Below, in pieces: positions 25,711 to 29,934 of a stretch of DNA of 29,934 nucleotides. The notes beneath the pieces are model-generated. The model worked only from the letters and a program-made list of their open reading frames with translations, made no database searches and was not told where the DNA came from. A program made the translations under genes and the position numbers. Source of the DNA: Armatimonadota bacterium (lineage in GTDB: Bacteria > Armatimonadota > Zipacnadia > Zipacnadales > UBA5352); the NCBI GenBank assembly GCA_034722055.1, contig JAYENL010000194.1:1-29934 (forward strand), read 5' to 3'. Position 1 is the first letter of the stretch. Every line of letters starts with the position of its first letter.

Positions 25711-26571
25711 ATGGCCACGATTCCGGTGATGAAGTTCGGCGGCATCGCCATGCAGGGCACGAACCGCTTCGGGCCGGACGAGGACCGGCTGCTCGAGGAG
25801 TGTCGCCGTCTCAGAGAGGTCAATGAAATCTACCGCCTGCTGGCCCAGCGGCGCAACGCCGCCCGGGGCCGCAGACTCGCGCAGGTTGCCCGGGACTTCA
25901 TCCTGCCGCTCAGGCGCGAGGGCCTGGTGCCTGTCGTCGTGGTGTCGGCCTTCGACTGGGCCACCGACAAGCTCGATCAGCTTGCCGCCAACATTACCTC
26001 CGATCCCTCCCCGCGCGAGTACGCCCGACTGCTGATGTCCGGAGAGCTGCGCGCGAACAGCGCCCTCGCGATGACCCTCGAGGAGAAGGGCTGTGCAGCG
26101 CGCTCGATGACCGGCAGGGAGGCTGGAATCATCACGCGCGGCGGCCCGGTTGACGCCGGCATCGACCGCGTGAGGGGCGAGCATGTCCGCGAGCTTGTCG
26201 AGAAGGGCATCGTGCCCGTGGTCGCCGGCTTTCAGGGCTACTACCATGACTCGGACACTGGACGCGACGAGGTCTCGATCCTCGGTCGGGGCGGGTCGAA
26301 CCTCACCGCGGTGGCACTCGCTCATACACTCAGACAAGACTCCTGCACCATGTTCACCGATGTGGACGGTGTGTACGACTGTGACCCGAGTATCCACGAA
26401 GCAGCCTGTAAGCTGCAAGAACTGACCGCTGAAGAGCTGTTCGAGATGGACCCCTTCCCGCAGGTCATCCAGCGTGAATCCCTGGAGTACGCCTGCGAGC
26501 AGGGCGTCAACGTGTGGATTCGGTCCGCTTTCGAGCCGGAGCGCGATGGTACGCTGATCATCTGCCGCTGA
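25711..26571 (+). CDS. Aspartate kinase-like protein (amino-acid kinase domain only, no ACT domains)
   Basis: VMKFGG, VVVVSA, SGE, VPVVAGFQG, ILGRGGSNLTA, FTDVDGVY..DP. It ends at 286 aa with GTLI. GGAG RBS. Confidence 0.85.
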   Translation: MATIPVMKFGGIAMQGTNRFGPDEDRLLEECRRLREVNEIYRLLAQRRNAARGRRLAQVARDFILPLRREGLVPVVVVSAFDWATDKLDQLAANITSDPSPREYARLLMSGELRANSALAMTLEEKGCAARSMTGREAGIITRGGPVDAGIDRVRGEHVRELVEKGIVPVVAGFQGYYHDSDTGRDEVSILGRGGSNLTAVALAHTLRQDSCTMFTDVDGVYDCDPSIHEAACKLQELTAEELFEMDPFPQVIQRESLEYACEQGVNVWIRSAFEPERDGTLIICR

Positions 26572-26614
26572 GTGATGTCGCAGAAAGTTAATACTCAGGC
26601 GCCGCACATCAGGG

Positions 26615-26620
26615 TATAAT
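26615..26620 (+). promoter_or_regulatory. Consensus -10 box upstream of the TPR gene
   Basis: Perfect TATAAT in an AT-richer intergenic patch, about 40 bp before ATG 26660. No good -35 seen. Confidence 0.5.
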
Positions 26621-26659
26621 GTGACTGAATGCGGCCCAGTCGGTCACCTGGAGAGTGTG

Positions 26660-27073
26660 ATGACACTGCCGGTCGGAGAGAGCGGTGAAGATCCCGTCCA
26701 GGCGGCGAAGGAGTACATTCGCCGCGGCCAGCGGCGCCTGGCGATAGAGCTGCTGGAGCCGTGGGTGGAGGAATACCCCGAGGATGCTGATGCGTGGTCG
26801 GTGCTGGCCGCCGCCCAGTTTGAGCTCGACAGCTTCGCGGGCGCGGTGGAGGCTGCCAGGCGCGCTGTGGAGCTCAAGCCCAGCGCCCGCAACTGGTGCA
26901 ACCTGGGGATGGTTCTGCGCAAGCTGGGACAGCTCTATGAAGCCGAGCGGGCCCAGTACAAGGCCCTGGTGGTGGATTCAGGCTACGACCGCGCCCGCAC
27001 CGAGCTTCGCAAGATCCACGAGATCCGCACCGGCCAGCGCACGCTCCATCGTCAGCGCTTCGACGACATGTAG
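26660..27073 (+). CDS. Small tetratricopeptide-repeat protein
   Basis: About three TPRs (ADAWSVLAAA..A..A..RAVELKP; NWCNLGMVL...G....A...Y.KAL). ATG 26660 follows GGAGAG. Confidence 0.8.
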   Translation: MTLPVGESGEDPVQAAKEYIRRGQRRLAIELLEPWVEEYPEDADAWSVLAAAQFELDSFAGAVEAARRAVELKPSARNWCNLGMVLRKLGQLYEAERAQYKALVVDSGYDRARTELRKIHEIRTGQRTLHRQRFDDM

Positions 27074-27090
27074 CAGGCTGTGATGATGCG

Positions 27091-28170
27091 CTACCGGTCG
27101 TGATCCAGTACCACCCCGACGGTCTCCTCGGTGTGCTCCACGATGGTGTCGATAGCCTCCGGGGCGTCTGACATGGCGAAGACGTGACTGGTGAAGCCCT
27201 CCACGTCGAGCCGTTCCTCGCTCATCAGCCGCAGGCACTCGTGGAGGTTCCGCTGTGTCGTCCACTGCACGAACACGGGCGGGTAGTCCGCGCCCTCCTC
27301 GTAGTCGGGGTCCAGGAAGCCCGGGCCGGTCCGCGCGCCGCTGCGCACATCCAGGTTCCCCAGCGCCGCCGCCCACTGGTGCCGGAAGCTGAAGCCGCCC
27401 ACGATCACGATGCGGCCCATCTGGTGAGTGTCGGGTGAGACCTTCATGCTGTCCACGACCTGCTGGAATGTCTCGTCGCTGTCGCCGCCAAAGGCGATCA
27501 CGGCGCAGTCCAGGCCCCTGCCGAGTGTGAACTCCCGTGTCGGCGCCACGGGGTCCTCCGCCGACGGATCCACAGTCAGCCCCGCGCCGCCGGCCTCCGC
27601 CGCCCCCCGCCGCTTCGCGAGAAGGTCCCAGCCCACCACCCGTGCCCCCGACAGCGCCGCGAAGCGAACGCAGAACTGGCCCACGACCCCCAGGCCCGCC
27701 ACCAGCACATCCTCGCAGAGCTGCAATTCCGCCCGCCGGATGGCGTGCATGGCGGTGGCTCCCAGGTGCGCCGAGGCCGCCTCCGCGTAGCTCACATTGC
27801 CGGGGATGGGAATAGTGAGGTTCGCCCCCACCGCCACGTAGTCGGCGTGGTACGCCCCGACACCCTCGTAGCGCTCCCGGCCGGACATGCAGGCCACCCG
27901 CTGGCCCACCTCCCGGTCCTCCACGCCCTCACCCACCGCCACGATATCCCCGGCACACTGGTAGCCGAGCGGCCGCGGCTGCATCTCCGGCCGCGGCTCG
28001 CGCCGATACTCGAACGCCGCACGAAGCTGCGTCCCCTGACTGAACATCGAGGCCCGCGTGCGCACCAGCACGTACCCCTCGCGAACCTGCGGCGTTTGCC
28101 GCTCGACGACCTGCCCCCGCCCGTGCCCATCGAGCATCAGGATTCTGTGCCTGCCAGGTATCTGCGCCAT
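27091..28170 (-). CDS. Medium-chain dehydrogenase/reductase (GroES-like plus Rossmann), apparently zinc-free subgroup
   Basis: VLVRT..S.GT, PLGYQCAG.IVAVGEGV..VGQRVA, GLGVVG with a downstream Asp (NAD-type). AGGAGG RBS. The catalytic Cys/GHE and structural Cys4 sites are absent. Confidence 0.85.
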   Translation of the reverse strand: MAQIPGRHRILMLDGHGRGQVVERQTPQVREGYVLVRTRASMFSQGTQLRAAFEYRREPRPEMQPRPLGYQCAGDIVAVGEGVEDREVGQRVACMSGRERYEGVGAYHADYVAVGANLTIPIPGNVSYAEAASAHLGATAMHAIRRAELQLCEDVLVAGLGVVGQFCVRFAALSGARVVGWDLLAKRRGAAEAGGAGLTVDPSAEDPVAPTREFTLGRGLDCAVIAFGGDSDETFQQVVDSMKVSPDTHQMGRIVIVGGFSFRHQWAAALGNLDVRSGARTGPGFLDPDYEEGADYPPVFVQWTTQRNLHECLRLMSEERLDVEGFTSHVFAMSDAPEAIDTIVEHTEETVGVVLDHDR

Positions 28171-28200
28171 CGTCCGACCTCCTGGTCACACTCTGGTGCC

Positions 28201-29610
28201 CTATCGGCCGCCCAGACCGCCCGTCGCCAGCCTCAGGTATTCCGACAGAACGGCCATCCTGCGCTGCACCGTGCGCATGTCCAGGTGCATGACGTCGCCG
28301 CCATAGCCGCCTTGCCTCAGCCACACGCCGTTCTCGGTCCGCTCCGCCAGCACCTCGCGCACGTCGTCCTCCATGCCCTCGGCGCGCTGGATGCGCTGCT
28401 CCTCGGTCAGCTCCCGCTCGGCATCGCGCTCCCCGACGTAGGCGGCCAGGCCAATCTCGGTGATGTATTCGTACCTCTCGCGGACCTGCTCACTGTAGTA
28501 ACCGCCTTTGAAGCTGTAGTGGCCGGGCGTATCGCTGTCGTCATACGTCAGGCGGTAGGTGCCGGCGTAGAAGTACAGCGGCCGATTGGTCTTCAGCTCA
28601 TAGAAGCGGGCCCACCGCCCGTCCTCAAGCTGCGAGCGCTCGAACCAGTCGATGGCGCCTGGCAGCGGCTCCAGGTAGCGCTCATCGCCGCTGAACACCG
28701 CTATCTCGATGAGAAGCCGCATTACGCCCACGCTCTCACCGCCGCACACAGACGGTGGCTCGAAGCGACGCGCCCAGGCGGGCATCAGGTCCTCGTCATA
28801 CTGCTGCGCCCACGAGGCCTGCGGCTCGGGGAGCTGCGCGTTAATGATGAAGTCCCCGCAGCGCACCACGGCATCATAGCAGCGCTGGTCGCCGTAGACC
28901 TCCCACGCGAACATCATGGTCCGGCAGCAGTCGCGAATGGTGTTGTCGTTGAAGGTCATGAAGTCCCCGTAGGAGCGGCCCGACAGCGGGTAGCGCTGCG
29001 GCCAGCCCCCGCCCTCCGCCTGGGCCTCCAGCAGGTAATCCAGCGCCGCCATGGCCGCGTCATGGATGGTCTCGTCCGAGCCGTCGAGGGCCTCGTCCAC
29101 CGCCACCAGCAGCCGCGTGGCGTGTTGGGTCACATTGTCGTCCATGGTGCCCGTGTTGTGCCCGGAGGCCAGCTTCTCGTCGTCGCTGTCCGCGTTGTGC
29201 CGATAGAAGTAGCGCTCCTCGCCCTCGGGCGAGAAGTCGATGGTGTAGTGCCAGCCGCCACACTCGAGCTGCCCCCACGCCAGCGAGTGCGCCACCTGGC
29301 TGGCGGCGTCCAGGAACAGCTCGTCTCCGGTGGCCTGGTAGGCGCCCAGGAAGGCGAAGCCGGTGCTGGGGCTGCCGGGCGGCTGGACCCAGTTCATCGT
29401 CGCGGAGATGTGTCCCTCGCCCCACTGGTCGCTGAGGTCAGCCAGGTAGGAGCCCGCATAGCCCCCGTGGATGGCAGCCTCCTCGGTGAGGTACTGCGTG
29501 GCCTGCCGCAGCGCCTGGTGGGCCTCCTCCACCAGCGCCTCATCCAGCGCGAAGCAGGGCGCCGCCAGCATTGCCAGCATCATGATCGCAACTGTGATTC
29601 CTCGCATCAT
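28201..29610 (-). CDS. Secreted polysaccharide lyase family 10-like (pectate lyase) alpha/alpha-barrel protein
   Basis: Signal peptide; TMDDNVT, GGWPQRYP, TFNDN, WAQQYD...PAWARRFEPP, WARFYELKTNRP. GGGAGG RBS. Probably co-transcribed with the MDR gene (30-bp gap). Confidence 0.8.
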   Translation of the reverse strand: MMRGITVAIMMLAMLAAPCFALDEALVEEAHQALRQATQYLTEEAAIHGGYAGSYLADLSDQWGEGHISATMNWVQPPGSPSTGFAFLGAYQATGDELFLDAASQVAHSLAWGQLECGGWHYTIDFSPEGEERYFYRHNADSDDEKLASGHNTGTMDDNVTQHATRLLVAVDEALDGSDETIHDAAMAALDYLLEAQAEGGGWPQRYPLSGRSYGDFMTFNDNTIRDCCRTMMFAWEVYGDQRCYDAVVRCGDFIINAQLPEPQASWAQQYDEDLMPAWARRFEPPSVCGGESVGVMRLLIEIAVFSGDERYLEPLPGAIDWFERSQLEDGRWARFYELKTNRPLYFYAGTYRLTYDDSDTPGHYSFKGGYYSEQVRERYEYITEIGLAAYVGERDAERELTEEQRIQRAEGMEDDVREVLAERTENGVWLRQGGYGGDVMHLDMRTVQRRMAVLSEYLRLATGGLGGR

Positions 29611-29640
29611 TGAGCCCTCCCAGGCCGTCCACTGCCATTG

Positions 29641-29795
29641 TCGTCAGGAGGGGCGGGCTTCCTTGCCCGCCCGGCCGTTTGTCGTATCTTCGTCCGTGGT
29701 GCGGGCGCCCCCGCCCGCACGCCGTTTGCCGCCCGTGACGGGGGGCCTTTCGGCCCGCAGGCAACGACGGGCCGGACAGTGGTCCGGCCCCTCCA
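29641..29795. repeat. Composite REP/REPIN-like palindromic element, copy 2
   Basis: cgtcaggaggggcgggcttccttgcccgcccggccgtt ... gggggcctttcggcccgc ... aggcaacgacgggccggacagtggtccggcccctcca, in the same block order as 8013-8193. Confidence 0.7.
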
Positions 29796-29934
29796 TACGG
29801 CGCAGGCAACGGCGCGCCTCGGTACGGCGGGCCTCCGTCGCCCCGCCCTGGGGCGCCAGTCCTTTGTGGTTGGTCGTCTGTCGCAGCTCTCCGCGGATTG
29901 CGGGCCGGTCCTCCCTGCCGTGCGTTGCCGTCAG

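Noticed and set aside
26621..26659. GTG start for the TPR gene given by the ORF track
   Set aside because: It directly abuts the TATAAT box and so would probably not be transcribed; ATG 26660 has an RBS.
27745..29613. 622-aa plus-strand ORF (and similar shadows at 2242-3660, 3685-4851, 9381-10724, 11088-12407, 12796-14130, 16069-17313, 18756-20465, 25474-26607)
   Set aside because: All overlap well-supported genes on the opposite strand and show no family motifs.

Overview
High-GC bacterial DNA. The gene content is reminiscent of Armatimonadota or PVC-type polysaccharide specialists, which is an inference only. It holds about 18 credible CDS. (1) Two large secreted multidomain beta-sandwich proteins are followed by a GT-C (PMT/ArnT-like) glycosyltransferase. 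(2) A tightly coupled 9-gene surface-polysaccharide operon lies behind a near-consensus sigma70 promoter: DUF2752, Wza-like exporter, Wzc-like co-polymerase with a degenerate kinase, four alkaline-phosphatase-superfamily (NPP/COG3379-like) paralogs, a Trm112-methyltransferase fusion and a GT4. The first AlkP paralog has lost its metal ligands and nucleophile. (3) A convergent GT4 carries an in-frame palindromic (REP-like) insertion. (4) The rest is a GH106-like glycosidase, a divergent ACT-less aspartate-kinase-like protein, a TPR protein, a zinc-free MDR dehydrogenase and a PL10-like pectate lyase. Non-coding DNA contains a ~225-bp MITE-like element with terminal inverted repeats and a 9-10-bp target duplication, two copies of a composite REPIN-like element, and a heptamer tandem repeat. 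No transposase, tRNA, rRNA or CRISPR array was seen. All family assignments come from motif recognition by eye, not database searches.
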